NCBI RefSeq assembly: GCF_006345805.1
Contig: NW_021837038.1
Location: forward strand, 2,470 to 66,469
Source of the DNA: Octopus sinensis
Taxonomy: Eukaryota
Direction: 5' to 3'
DNA length: 64,000 nucleotides
The position numbers and the translations under genes are program-made. Of the stretch, positions 44,510-57,362 are shown one piece after another; position 1 is the first letter of the stretch; every line of letters starts with the position of its first letter. The notes beneath the pieces were generated by a model. That model was not told the DNA's origin. It was given only the letters and a program-made list of their open reading frames with translations, and did not search any database.

Positions 44510-46070
44510 ACGGATAGGTATGTAGGTAACATGAACAGACAAGCACACATACAAACATATACACAAATGAAGACTGAAACACACGACCATATACACACAC
44601 ACATACACACTTCACTTCACACAAGGTCAATTCTTAAACCATACAGCCATAATATATAACAATATTTTTTTCAGAATTTAAAAATGATAATTCCCGACAG
44701 AAGTGTCACATAAAAACAGGTTAGACACATCTGATAAAGTTAAATGACTTCAGATAAGCAACGTAAGAAACGCCAGCAGATGGTGGCATAGACACTTCTC
44801 TGCATATAATTGAATACATACCTGCATGAATTACACCTGAGTCCTATATCCAGACAATATATGTGAAGGGAGCTTCACTGTTTTGCTATCATTAAGAAGA
44901 ATGCTTTGTTGTCTGATAGTTGGTTTCAGTTCAAGTCAAACTGCTTGCCATTGAGGACAAGGGTTTATACTAAAGACCCAGATCAATAAAAGCCTTGTGA
45001 GAATTTGGGAGGCAAAAACAGAAAGAAGTGCATTGCATATATATATACATACAAAAAAACACAAATATACATATGTATATATACATACATACATAAATAT
45101 CATCATCATCATCGTTTAACGTCCGTTCTCCATGCTTGCATGGGTTGGACGGTTCGACCGGGGATTTGGGAAACCAGAAGGCTGCCCCAGGCTCCAATCT
45201 GATCTGGCAGTGTTTCTACAGCTGGATGCCCCTTTCTAACGCCAACCACTCCGTGAATGTAGTGGGTGCTTTTTACGTGCCACCTGCACAGGTGCCAGGT
45301 GAGCCTGGCAACGCCCACGATCAGATTGGTGCATTTTACGTGCCACCGGCACGGAAGCCGGTCAAGGCGGCGCTGCCATCGGCCACGATTTGGATGGTGC
45401 TTTTTACGTGCCACCGGCACGGAAGCCAGTCTAGGCGGTGCTGGCATCGGCCACATTCAGATGGTGCTGTTTACGTGTCACCGGCACGGAAGCCAGTCAA
45501 GGTGGTGCTGGCATCGGCCACGATTCGGATGGTGCTTTTTACGTGCCACTGGCAAGGAAGCCAGTCAAGGTGGCGCTGGCATCGGCCACGATTCGGATGG
45601 TGCTTTTTACGTGCCACTGGCAAGGAAGCCAGTCAAGGTGGCGCTGGCATCGGCCACGATTCGGATGGTGCTTTTTACGTGCCACTGGCAAGGAAGCCAG
45701 TCAAGGTGGCGCTGGCATCGGCCACGATTCGGATAGTGCTTTTTACGTACCACCGGCACAGAAGCCAGTCTAGGCGGCGCTGGCATCAGCCACATTCAGA
45801 TGGTGCTTTTTACGTGCCACTGGCACAGGGATCACAACTGCAGTTTCCATTGATTTTGATGTTGGTGTACTTGACTCAATGGATCTCCTCAAGCACAGGG
45901 TCAAAAACGGTGTTTCTTCACTTGGCACCTGCACAGGAGTCAGTCCAGCGGTCCTGGCAACTGCCGGGTGCCAGTCATAGGATTGGTTCAATTTCGAAGA
46001 ACATATACATATATATGTATGTATAATATATATATATATAAACATGCACTCACACATATGTATATACATA
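44510..46070. repeat. Segment duplicated in inverted orientation at ~63130-64000
   Basis: 44510-45040 is the near reverse complement of 63478-64000; flanking microsatellite-rich blocks also match (45040-45095/63210-63250; ~46000-46070/63140-63205). Confidence 0.8.
45100..45995. mobile_element. VNTR-cored SINE-like element (68-bp units)
   Basis: (CAT)n end, conserved body, 68-bp units (45533, 45601, 45669), then the ACAACTGCAGTTTCCATTGATTTTG linker. Confidence 0.85.
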
Positions 46071-46687
46071 CGTGTTGGATGAGATGACAGGACCACTGGA
46101 ACACCAAAGTAACTGCACCATTATATTTAAGGCAAAGGGCTAGCAGAATCGTTAGCATGCTGGGCAAAATGCTTAGCAGTATTCAGTCTGCTGTTACTTT
46201 CTGAGTTCAAATTTTGCTGAGGTTGACTTTGCCTTTCATACTTTCGGGGTCGATAAATTAAGTACCAGCTGAATATTAGGGTCAATGAGATGAGATTTCA
46301 GGCCTTGTGCCAATGGTAGAAAGCTTTATATTTTTACAGAAACAAAAATTGTCAGTGATCTCCGGGTGCTATAAATCACCAATAAAATTAACACTTTTGA
46401 TACCAATCCGACTATGACCACCCCTGTTTCTTTGATATGAACTTTGCATTTTTATATGATCTAAGTTAAAATCTTCCATCAAAATTTCATGTTCTGAACA
46501 CCAGCTTAATAATAACGAAGTTATTTTACTAAGTTCTTCATCATTTTGAAAATTAATTAAACTAATTGCAATGTATTTCACCAGAAATATTTTCACCCTA
46601 TGACTTAGTTTCAAGAACTTTCCATCATGTCTGTCCCAACCCTTTTGATACCAACCTATCTGAGCGTGTCCTTTGCTTCTATGACAC

Positions 46688-48009
46688 AAGCATAGATTGA
46701 CATATTTTGGTCATATTATGCAGAGAAAATCCTTGGAGGACATCATGCCCGGAATGGTCAGTGGCAAGAGAGGAAGAGGCCGACCACGAACCCGCTGGCT
46801 TGACACCATCAAGAGTGATACCGGAATGGACATAGCCAATCTGAAAGAAGCGGCTCAGGATAGAACTGACTGGAGGACACTGATCCAACGAGTGACTGAG
46901 AGTCAACTTCGACTGAGCGGATAGATAGATAGATAGATAGATAGATATATAATATATAACGTGTATATATTAAATATAACGTGTATATATATATATATAG
47001 GAATGGTCAGTGGCAAGAGAGGTAGGGGCCGACCAAGAACCCACTGGTTTGACACCATCAAGAGTGATACCGGAATGGACATAGCCAATCTGAAAGAAGC
47101 GGCTCAGGATAGAACTGACTGGAGGACACTGATCCATCAAGTAACCAAGAGTCGACTTCGACTGAACAGAAAGATAGATAGATATATGTGTGTATATACA
47201 TGTGTATATATATGTGTGTATATATATATGGACACTAAAGAAAGCTGACCAGAAAAGAATTAATGCATTCGAGCTTTGGTGTTGGAGAAGACTTTTACGG
47301 ATTCCATGGACAGCGAGGCTCACCAATGAAGAAGTTCTTAAGCAGATAAGGCCGAAAATGTCACTAGAAGCTAGGATCACCAAGCATAGATTGGCATATT
47401 TTGGTCATATTATGCGGAGAAAATCCCTGGAGAAGGACATCAGTCAGTGGCAAGAGAGGAAGAGGCCGACCAAGAACTCGCTGGCTTGACACCATCAAGA
47501 GTGATACCGGGCTGGACATAGCCAATCTGAAAGAAGCGGCCCAGGATAGAACTGACTGGAGGACACTGATCCATCGAGTAACCGAGAGTTGACTTCAACT
47601 GAGCAGATAGATAGATAGATAATATATAACGTGTATATATATATATATATACGGAATGGTCAGTGGCAAGAGAGGAAGAGGCCGACCAAGAACCCGCTGA
47701 CTTGACACCATCAAGAGTGATACTGGTATGGACATAGCCAATCTGAAAGAAGCGGCCCAGGATAGAACTGACTGGAGGACACTGATCCAACGAGTGACCG
47801 AGAGTCGACTTCGACTGAGCAGATATATATATATATATACGGAATGGTCAGTGGCAAGAGAGGAAGAGGCCGACCAAGAACCAGCTGGCTTGACACCATC
47901 AAGAGTGATACTGGTATGGACATAGCCAATCTGAAAGAAGCGGCCCAGGATAGAACTGACTGGAGGACACTGATCCAACGAGTAACCGTGAGTCGACTTC
48001 GACTGAGCG

Positions 48010-48010
<1 letters not shown>
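46688..48010 (+). mobile_element. Five tandem 3' ends of an RTE-clade LINE with (GATA)n tails
   Basis: YFGHIM.RKSLE...GKRGRGRPRTRWLDTIKSDTG...AQDRTDWRTLI; the longest copy adds WTLKKADQKRINAFELWCWRRLLRIPWTAR; tails at ~46920, 47170, 47605, 47820, 48010. Confidence 0.9.
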
Positions 48011-48056
<46 letters not shown>

Positions 48057-48113
48057 GGATGGATGGATGGATGGATGGATGGATGGATGGATGGAGGATG
48101 GATGGATGGATGG

Positions 48114-48145
<32 letters not shown>

Positions 48146-48160
48146 GGATAGATAGATAGA
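48010..48160. repeat. (GATA)n/(GATG)n compound microsatellite
   Basis: Direct reading. Confidence 0.95.
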
Positions 48161-49487
48161 ATCTAACACTTTCCATCAAAATCTCATTAATTTCTCTTCC
48201 AAACACCAACTTGATAATGACAAATTTATTTTATTAAATTCTTAATAATTTTTGAAATTAATTGAAACAAACCCAGTGTATTTCAGCAGAAATCTCCCAG
48301 CCATATGCTTTAGATTCCAGATCTTTCCATGGAATTTGCCTCAACCCTTTTGATACTAACCCAGTGAGACCACTCCTGGTCCTACGATAAAAACATCCTG
48401 TTTTAAAAATAATCTAAATTTAAAAAATAATGGCTTTTTTAAAAAAAAGAATACAAAGATTTTTATATATATATATATATGGTGTAGGAGTGGCTGTGTG
48501 GTAAGTAGTTTATTTACCAACCATGTTTCCGGGTTCAGTCGCACTACGTTTGCATCTTGGCCAAGTGTCTTCTACTATAGCCTCAGGCCGACCAATGCCT
48601 TGTGAGTGGATTTGGTAGACGGAAACTGAAAGAAGCCTGTCGTATATATATGTATGTATATATACAAAATGAGAAAATATGTTTGTGTGTCTGTGTTTGT
48701 CTCCCCTAGCATTGCTTGACAACCGATGCTGGTGTGTTTACGTCCCCGTTACTTAGCGGTTCGGCAAAAGAGACCGATAGAATAAGTACTGGGCTTACAA
48801 AGAATAAGTCTCGGGGTCGATTAGATCGACTAAAGGCGGTGCTCCAGCATGGCCGCAGTCAAATGACTGAAACAAGTAAAAGAGAGTAAAAGAGAGATAT
48901 ATATGGTGCAGGAGTGGCTGTGTGGTAAGTAGCTTGTTTACCAACCACATGGTTCCGGGTTCAGTCCCACTGCGTGGCACCTTGGCCAAGTGTCTTCTAC
49001 TATAGCCTCGGGCCGACCAAAGCCTTGTGAGTGGATTTGGTAGATGGAAACTGAAAGAAGCCCATCGTATATATGTATTTATATATGCGTGTGTGTGTAT
49101 GTGTGTCTGTGTTTGTCCCCCGAGCATTGCTTGATAACCGATGCTGGTGTGTTTACGTCCCCGTCACCTAGCGGTTCGGCAAAAGACACTGATAGAATAA
49201 GTACTGGGCTTACAAAAGAATAAGTCCTGGGGTCGAGTTGCTCGATTAAAGGTGGTGCTCCAGCATGGCCGCAGTCAATTGACTGAAACAAGTAAAAGTA
49301 TAAAAGAGTAAAGAGTATACAAATAAATGATTTGAGGTGAAATTAAGATGCATAAAAACCATTATTATGAATCTCAAGGTCACGAAAATTCATTCATAAT
49401 AAAGATTTTTATATCTCTTAATTCCACCTCAAATAATTTATTTGTATACATATGTCTTAGTTTCTTTGAAAAAAAACATTTTTTATA

Positions 49488-50062
49488 CCTATTTCTTTAC
49501 TCAGAAATTTGAACTCAGAACGTAGCGGCAGACGAAATACCTATTTCTTTACTACCCACAAGGGACGAAACACAGAGAGGACAAACAAGGACAGACAAAC
49601 GGATTAAGTCGATTATATCGACCCCAGTGCGTAACTGGTACTTATTTAATCGACCCCGAAAGGATGAAAGGCAAAGTCGACCTCGGCGGAATTTGAACTC
49701 AGAACGTAGCGGCAGACGAAATACCTATTTCTTTACTACCCACAAGGGACGAAACACAGAGAGGACAAACAAGGACAGACAAACGGATTAAGTCGATTAT
49801 ATCGACCCCAGTGCGTAACTGGTACTTATTTAATCGACCCCGAAAGGATGAAAGGCAAAGTCGACCTCGGCGGAATTTGAACTCAGAACGTAGCGGCAGA
49901 CGAAATACCTATTTCTTTACTACCCACAAGGGACGAAACACAGAGAGGACACACAAGGACAGACAAACGGATTAAGTCGATTATATCGACCCTAGTGCGT
50001 AACTGGTACTTATTTAATCGACCCTGAAAGGATGAAAGGCAGAGTCGACCTTTGCGGAATTT
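49488..50062 (-). repeat. Three tandem 184-bp units of SINE family a
   Basis: GAACTCAGAACGTAGCGGCAGACG at 49511, 49695, 49879. Confidence 0.9.
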
Positions 50063-51006
50063 GGGATCTTTTCGGTTTGAACGGCAGTTTTTTCTAGTGG
50101 TGTCATATGAAATTGTCACCCATAATAATGACCCTAGTATAGATCTATTGCATTTCAATCTGTTTTAGGGTTAGGATTAGTCAGGGTTAGTTAGGGTTAG
50201 GGTTGTGAGGAAGGGTATCTTTTTTTCTTCACAAATGTAAATAAACCCAATCTGTTTCTTAAACGAGGGACATATTCATATGGCACAGAATGTTTTTTTT
50301 ACCTCAATGGACGTCATTGATTGGTTGAAATTGCAGAAATTGAAGAAAAAACAACAACAAATATCTAACAAACTATAGAATTTTCTCAATAAAGCCAAGA
50401 GAAAAAGAGGCAATCTTTCGTCTCTAGTAGACCTTTCCGTCGATTTCCGTAAAAAATTTTTTTTTTTTACATATGGGCTTGCGGGAAGTTTTGAAGTGAT
50501 GAGAGCGAAAGAGACTAAGAGAAAGCGATTGTATGACGAGGGAAGTTCTTTTGAAGTTACCGTGCATGGCAAGCATTGATGTACATGTGCGTGTGTGTGT
50601 GTTTGATGGGGTGTGGGAGACAGACAGTATGTTGTGTAAGTGAAGTGCTTCTGTTAGTGTGTGTGAAAGAAAGAGATAACTGAAATTTTTTACTCGGTGT
50701 ATGTGTATATGTATGTATATTACTTCAAAAGTTCCCGCAAGCCCATATGTAAAAAAAAAAATTCTTTACGGAAATCGACGGTGTATGTGTATATGTATGT
50801 ATATATTACTTCAAAAGTTTCCGCAAGCCCATATGTAAAAAAAAAAAAAAAATTATTTACGGAAATCGACGGAAAGGTCTACTAGAGACGAAAGATCGCC
50901 GAAAAAGATGTTTTATAAACCCACTCTACCAGTATACGAAGCTTAAAAGTGTTTAGTTACCTAGAAATTATGCTAAAAAAACTGCCGTTCAAACCGAAAA
51001 GATCCC
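50063..51006. mobile_element. GGGATCTTTTCGGTTTGA-type MITE carrying a nested element
   Basis: TIRs at 50063 and 51006; internal TTAGGG repeats. Confidence 0.85.
50409..50900. mobile_element. 492-bp MITE with 8-bp TSD (GAAAAAGA)
   Basis: TIRs GGC(A/G)ATCTTTCGTCTCTAGTAGACCTTTCCGTCGATTTCCGTAAA; TSD at 50401-50408 and 50901-50908 restores the host consensus. Confidence 0.9.
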
Positions 51007-51149
51007 CTCTCCCTTCACGCCCCTTTTTTGTATTTTAGTTCTCTCCTTTTTTTTTTTTTTTCCCCTTATCTCATCCTATCACCCTTCTGCCACCTATCTT
51101 TTATCTAATTCTCTCCCCTTCCTCCTGCTTACACTTCTCACCAACTCCC

Positions 51150-51268
51150 ACCTTCTCTAAACAGTGTCTATATCTTAATTAGCCAAACATCACATCAGGA
51201 GATGATAAGAGGGTTCGTTCCCTCTCTTGGACTACCTTGACTATTATCATGCTTTACTTAACCCAAAG
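51150..51268 (+). other. Candidate non-coding first exon of ACOT-like copy 3 (start approximate)
   Basis: CT-rich tract, CTCTAAACA..T.TATATC motif shared with copies 1 and 2, donor AAAG|GTGAGATATAATTAAT at 51269; acceptor ends 57693. Confidence 0.55.
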
Positions 51269-51686
51269 GTGAGATATAATTAATACATCATTCACACTAT
51301 TTACTAGTTTCTATCTGATTTATTCGATTAATGTCATAACCTTGGTGTTATTCACAATTCTTTCGCTAATTGCTTTTTGACGGAATTCAATTTACGGTAC
51401 TCTTTACTCTTTTACTTGTTTCAGTCATTTGACTGCGGCCATGCTGGAGCACCGCCTTTTAGTCGAGCAAATCGACCCCAGGACTTATTCTTATGTAAGC
51501 CTATGAAGGCGGCGAGCTGGCAGAATCGTTAGCACGCCGGGCGAAATGCTCAGCAGTATTTCGTCTGTCGTTACGTTCTGGGTTCAAACACCGCCGAGGT
51601 CGACTTTGCCTTTCATCCTTTCGGGGTCGATAAATAAAGTACCAATTGCGCACTGGGGTCGATGTAGTTGACTCAATCCCTTTGTC

Positions 51687-52990
51687 GGTACTTGTCTATT
51701 GTCGTGGTCCCGGTTTCGCACACGCGCCAGACGTAGGTACTCGATACTCGAGATCCTACGAGGTGACTTGCGCATGCGCAGTGCAGAATTCGCGCATGCG
51801 CGTTACCCCCCCCTAAAAAAAAGGCGTTGGATTTCACTAAAAATATATATGTGTGTGTGTGTGGTGTGTGTATATATAACATTTTCAATTTTACACAAAA
51901 AAATTACATAGTCGCTTTCCTCGCGGATTTACAGATAAATGAATTAATTACTATTTTACAGAATAAAATTAATGAATTAATTATATAAATTAAATAATTC
52001 TTGAAAATTAATTAATATTAATAATATTTTTTGAACAAAGTAAATAATTTATAAAACTTGGTTAATAATTTTTTTTACACAAACGCGAACGTATATAATT
52101 TGTGAAACTTTTTTTTTTTTACAGACGTATATAATTTGGTAAACTTAATGAATTAATTTCTTATCATCATCATCATCGTTTAACGTCCGTTCTCCATGCC
52201 AGCATGGGTTGGACGGTTCGACCGGGGATCTGGGAAGCCAGAAGGCTGCACCAGACTCCAGTCTTATCTGGAGTCTTATCTTTCTACAGCTGGATGCCCT
52301 TCCTAACGCCAACCACTCCGAGAGTGTAGTGGGTGCTTTTTACATGCCACCCGCACAGGTGCCAGGCGAGGCTGGCAACGGCCACGGTCGGATTGGTGCC
52401 AGTCGAGGCGGCTCTGGCATCGGCCACGATTCGGATAGTGCTTTTTACGTACCACCAGTCCAGGGGTCCTGGCATTTGCCGGGTGTCACACTTGCCCCAA
52501 CATGTCTTCGCAAGCAAAGGGGGTTGGCATGTGTGCCTGTCGTGGGATGAGGTTCGATATCAACTTCGCTTGCCTCAACAGGTCTTTGTGTATAAATGTA
52601 TAAATTTTTCGCACTAAATTCTTTCCGTAGAATTTATCAAAAAACGCGCAAAATTATTCCGTAGAATTTATCAAATTAAAAAACGCAAAATTAATATATT
52701 TTTTGAAATTGCAAATTATTTAGAATATAAAACAAATGAAGTTAAATTTTAAAAATAAATGTCATATACTTATACTCTGTAAGGTGCTGTGTTCACACTT
52801 CAATTTACTATTTTCTAGAAATGTTGCTTTTCTAATTGAAACAATTTTTCTCAATCTCCATTTAAAAGTCCATCATGTCTCTTGAGACATATCAAAATGA
52901 ACAACTTTGAATTACGCGGCGGCGGTGGTGGTGTGAGGTTCTAATTTTTTCGCGTGTGCGAAACCGGGACCACGACAATAGACAAGTACC
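51687..52990. mobile_element. Non-autonomous DNA transposon with 40-bp TIRs, flanked by 203-bp direct repeats
   Basis: TIR GGTACTTGTCTATTGTCGTGGTCCCGGTTTCGCACACGCG at both ends; 51484-51686 repeated at 52991-53193. Confidence 0.85.
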
Positions 52991-53284
52991 CTTATTCTTA
53001 TGTAAGCCTATGAAGGCGGCGAGCTGGCAGAATCGTTAGCACGCCGGGCGAAATGCTCAGCAGTATTTCGTCTGTCGTTACGTTCTGGGTTCAAACACCG
53101 CCGAGGTCGACTTTGCCTTTCATCCTTTCGGGGTCGATAAATAAAGTACCAGCTGCGCACTGGGGTCGATGTAGTTGACTTAATCCCTTTGTCTGTCTGT
53201 CTTTGTTTGTCCCCTCTATGTTTAGCCCCTTGTGGGCAATAAAGAAATATATTCTTATGTAAGCCTAATACTTATTCTATATAC

Positions 53285-54007
53285 ATATATACGACAGGCT
53301 TCTTTTAGTTTCCGCCTACCAAATCCACTCACAAGGCTTTGATCGGCCCGAGGCTATAGCAGAAGACACTTGCCCAAGGTTCCACGCAGTGGGACTGAAC
53401 CCAGAACCATGTGGTTCGTAAGCAAGATACTTACCACACAGCCACTCCTGCGCCTATTTATATATATATATATATATACGACAGGCTTCTTTCAGTTTCC
53501 GTCTACCAAATCCACTCACAAAGCATTGGTCGGCCCGGGGCTATAACAGAAGACACTTGCCAAGGTTCCACGCAGTGGGACTGAACCCAGAACCATGTGG
53601 TTCGTAAGCAAGATACTTACCACACAGCCACTCCTGCGCCTATTTATATATATATATATATATACGACAGGCTTCTTTCAGTTTCCGTCTACCAAATCCA
53701 CTCACAAAGCATTGGTCGGCCCGGGGCTATAACAGAAGACACTTGCCCAAGATGCTACGCAGTGGGACTGAACTCGAAACCATGTGATTCGTAAGCAAGA
53801 TACTTACCACACAGCCACTCCTGCGCCTATTTATATATATATATACGACAGGCTTCTTTCAGTTTCCGTCTACCAAATCCACTCACAAGGCATTGGTCGG
53901 CCCGGGGCTATAGTAGAAGACACTTGCCCAAGTTGCTACGCAGTGGGACTGAACTCGAAACCATGTGGTTGGTTAGCAAGCTACTTACCACACAGCCACT
54001 CCTGCGC
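53285..54007 (-). repeat. Four tandem 5' halves of SINE family b
   Basis: ~182-bp units separated by (TA)n. Confidence 0.85.
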
Positions 54008-54363
54008 CATTTATTTATTTCTTCATAAATGGAATATTTTTCCCAACGAAATTCTTTTACGAATAGCTTTCAGACGGTGAATTCGATTATATCGGAGTTC
54101 GATATGGAAACTTTGTTTCGGAGGTGAGTGGAGAGGAGTTTAGAAAACTTCACCTGGATAGATTTTGTTTTTGCACAATTCACAGAAATATAGATCGCAT
54201 CCTCTCCCGATGGCTCCGTAAATTTGCTAGCATCCGATATGCATAGCTTTCAACTGGTTTGAAGATTAGGTTTATATCGGAATCGAATGTAAAATCAAAA
54301 GAAAAACGTTGGTGAGCACTCACACATGCATATTTTCAGACCTGACCCTTGTCGCATGCGTTA

Positions 54364-54737
54364 TCTCTCTATATATAAACGGCAGTTTGTCTGTGCGTGT
54401 TTCTGTGTGTCTGTTTGCTTGTACCCTCACTCTGACCACGGCTTTCAACCGATTCTGATGAAACTTGACACACACATAGCCCAATGTCATAATTCAAAAC
54501 TAACGCAGCGAAAATTTTGAAAAGTTCCCCCTGTTCTGAAAAAAATCGATAAATTCGACATGGGGTCGACAATCAGAAACACAAACCACAAACTGTCTAG
54601 GGGACGCAACTCCACCTTTTTTAAATCTCAAAAAAAATTTACCATCATTTTTTTCCTATTTTTTGGATATAACTCTCTAAAAATGCTTTATAGTTATTTC
54701 CCTTACAAACCTGAGCAACGCCGGGCGATACTGCTAG
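54364..54737 (+). mobile_element. Non-autonomous Helitron (second copy)
   Basis: A|TCTCTCTATATATAAACGGC...GAGCAACGCCGGGCGATACTGCTAG|T. Confidence 0.8.
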
Positions 54738-54764
54738 TACGTTATATAATATAAGGGAAGAAGG

Positions 54765-55548
54765 TGGCGAGCTGGCAGAACCGTTAGCACGCCGGGCGAA
54801 ATGCTTTGCGGTATTTCGTCTGCCGTTACGTTCTGAGTTCAAATTCCGCCGAGGTTGACTTTGCCTTTCATCCTTTCGGGGTCGATATAATTGACTTAAT
54901 CCGTTTGTCTATCCTTGTTTGACCCCTCTGTGTTTAGCCCCTTGTGGGTAGTAAAGAAATAGGTATTTCGTCTGCCGTTATGTTCTGAGTTCAAATTCCG
55001 CCAATGTCAACTCTGCCTTTTATCCTTTCGGGGTCGATAAATTAAGTACCAGTTACGCACTGGGTTCGATATAATCGACTTAATCCGTTTGTCTGTCCTT
55101 GTTTAGCCCCTTGTGGGTAGTAAAGAAATAGGTATTTGGTCAGTCGCTACGTTCTGAGTTCAAATTCTGTCGAGGTCGACTTTACCTTTTATCCTTTTGG
55201 GGTCGATTAAATAAGTACCAGTTACGCACTGGGGTCGATATAATCGACTTAATACCTATGTCTGTCCTTGCTTGTCCCCTTTATGTTTAGCCCCTTGTGG
55301 GTAATAAAGAAATAGGAATTTCGTCAGCCGCTACGTTCTGAGTTCAAATTCCGTCGAGGTCGACTTTACCTTTTATCCTTTCGGGGTCGATTAAATAAGT
55401 ACCAGTTACGCACTGGGGTCGATATAATCGACTTAATACCTATGTCTGTCCTTGCTTGTCCCCTTTATGTTTAGCCCCTTGTGGGTAATAAAGAAATAGG
55501 TATTTGGTCAGTCGCTACGTTCTGAGTTCAAATTCCGCCGAGGTCGAT
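54765..55548 (+). repeat. SINE family a head plus tandem units (five B-box occurrences)
   Basis: Same unit as 14108-15143. Confidence 0.85.
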
Positions 55549-55738
55549 GTAATTGACCAGTCCCTCCCCCCCATATTTCAGACCATGTATCTATAGTAAA
55601 AAGGTTATATAAGGGGGTGGGGCAGAAGAAGTAATATTTACTGCATTTTACACTTTGAGAAGAAAAAAAAAAAATTTTCACAAATTGCATCACAAAAACT
55701 GTATCGGCTTTTCTAAATGCATTAAAAATACTATTACA

Positions 55739-55770
<32 letters not shown>

Positions 55771-55905
55771 ATGTTTTGTGTGTGTATATATATATATATA
55801 TACCGGAGTAAACACATAAATGTGAAACACGGCAGAAAAAAGAGTACTCAAATACCAGTGGTAGAGTAATATGCTTTATTTAAAGCAGCAGAAAATTCAA
55901 CAAAA

Positions 55906-55942
55906 CCTGTTACTCTGAGTTTCACGTTTCCGTTCGTCGGAC
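55906..55942 (-). ncRNA. Compact type I hammerhead motif, stem I truncated
   Basis: Minus strand GT-CCGACGA-ACG-GAAA-CGT-GAAA-CTCAGAG-TA-ACAGG: core, 3-bp stem II with GAAA tetraloop, palindromic stem III, GUA site; only 2 bp of stem I remain. Confidence 0.55.
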
Positions 55943-56875
55943 TCATTATCTTTTATTAAACTTTTAATAATTTTGATATATATTTAAAATAATATAAATT
56001 AATTAATTTTATGTATTGGCTTAAGTTTTTCATTGTTTGATTTGCCTAATAGTGGTTTTATCTCTAATTTAATATAATATATATATATATATATAATGTT
56101 TTGTGTTAGCATTGCTTGACAACCGATGCTGGTGTGTTTGCGTCCCCGTCACTTAGCAGTTCAGCAAAAGAGACCGATAGAATAAGTACTGGGCTTACAA
56201 AGAATAAGTCCCGGGGTTGAGTTGCTCGATTAAAGGCGGTTAGTGACAGGATGTTGTCTGTTTTAGTCGCAGCAGATGATTTTAGCTCAATAGAGGGCAT
56301 AGGATTGGTTAAAATTCGAAAAATTAAACTACGTTAAACTTACAAATTACAATTTTCTCAAGAAAGCCAAAAGAAAAAATGTTTTATTTTGACACATTCT
56401 ACCAGTATACGAAGTTTAAAAGTGTTTAGCTAACCAGAAATTGTGTTGAAAACTGCCGTTCAAAAGGAAAAGATCCGTTTTGCTTTAGTACATGTGTGTG
56501 TAACACAGTTATTACATGTGTATATATTCTTCTAAGCTGAAGTGAAGACATGTTCTTTGTCTAATTCCTTGCCTTCTTGGAGGTTTTAGGTAAAATTATA
56601 CTAATGTGTCCATCTGTTTTAAAATAATTAAATTCTATGTCTTTGTGCAGCTGAGGATTGCTCTGCATTTAAATTGATGTAATGATTGCATTGTTCAATT
56701 TAATGGTGTTGCTTGAAACGATCGTACTGCATTACCTCTGGATATCCTGTTGCTTATTTTGATTTTAATCACCTTATTTTGAAACTGTATGGATAATACT
56801 GTACTAAATTATGGTACCTCAACTTAAGTACCATATTCAGCTGAATCTAAATTTTTGCTTTACACACACACACAC

Positions 56876-56916
<41 letters not shown>

Positions 56917-56918
<2 letters not shown>

Positions 56919-57188
56919 GAGTGGTTGTATACTGTCAACTTAACGTGACAGTCCTGTAAGGGAATTACACCACCACTGTTTAGCTCTAGGAAGCATCGAC
57001 GCTTCCTGTCGGCCATGACACATTTCCTGTGTCCTTATATATTTTGTCTTCCCTTCGTAAATGTATATAAGGACACAGAAAATGTGTCGAGGCTGACAGG
57101 AAGCGTCGATGCTTCCTAGAGCTAAACAGCGGTGGTGTAACCCCCTACTGTCATGTTCACTTTAGATTGACAGTATACAACCATTCTA
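56917..57188. mobile_element. Fold-back MITE (~120-bp imperfect arms)
   Basis: TAGAGTGGTTGTATACTGTCAA...TTGACAGTATACAACCATTCTA; inner arms TGTTTAGCTCTAGGAAGCATCGACGCTTCCTGTC..GACACATTT match in reverse. Confidence 0.85.
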
Positions 57189-57326
57189 TCACCCCACCAC
57201 CGTACATATCTCTATGAGATATTTAGAAATTCAATATATATATATATATATACATACATCAGTTATCACCATGATTGATTGCTAGCCACTAAACCTTTTT
57301 TTTATTCTCTCTATTTCCTCGTGTTC

Positions 57327-57362
57327 CTTTCTGTTGAAGAGCCTAGGCTCGAAATGTAAAAG
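57327..57362 (+). ncRNA. Variant hammerhead-like motif (CUGUNGAA family)
   Basis: CTTT-CTGTTGAA-GAGC-CTAG-GCTC-GAAA-TGTA-AAAG. Confidence 0.35.
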
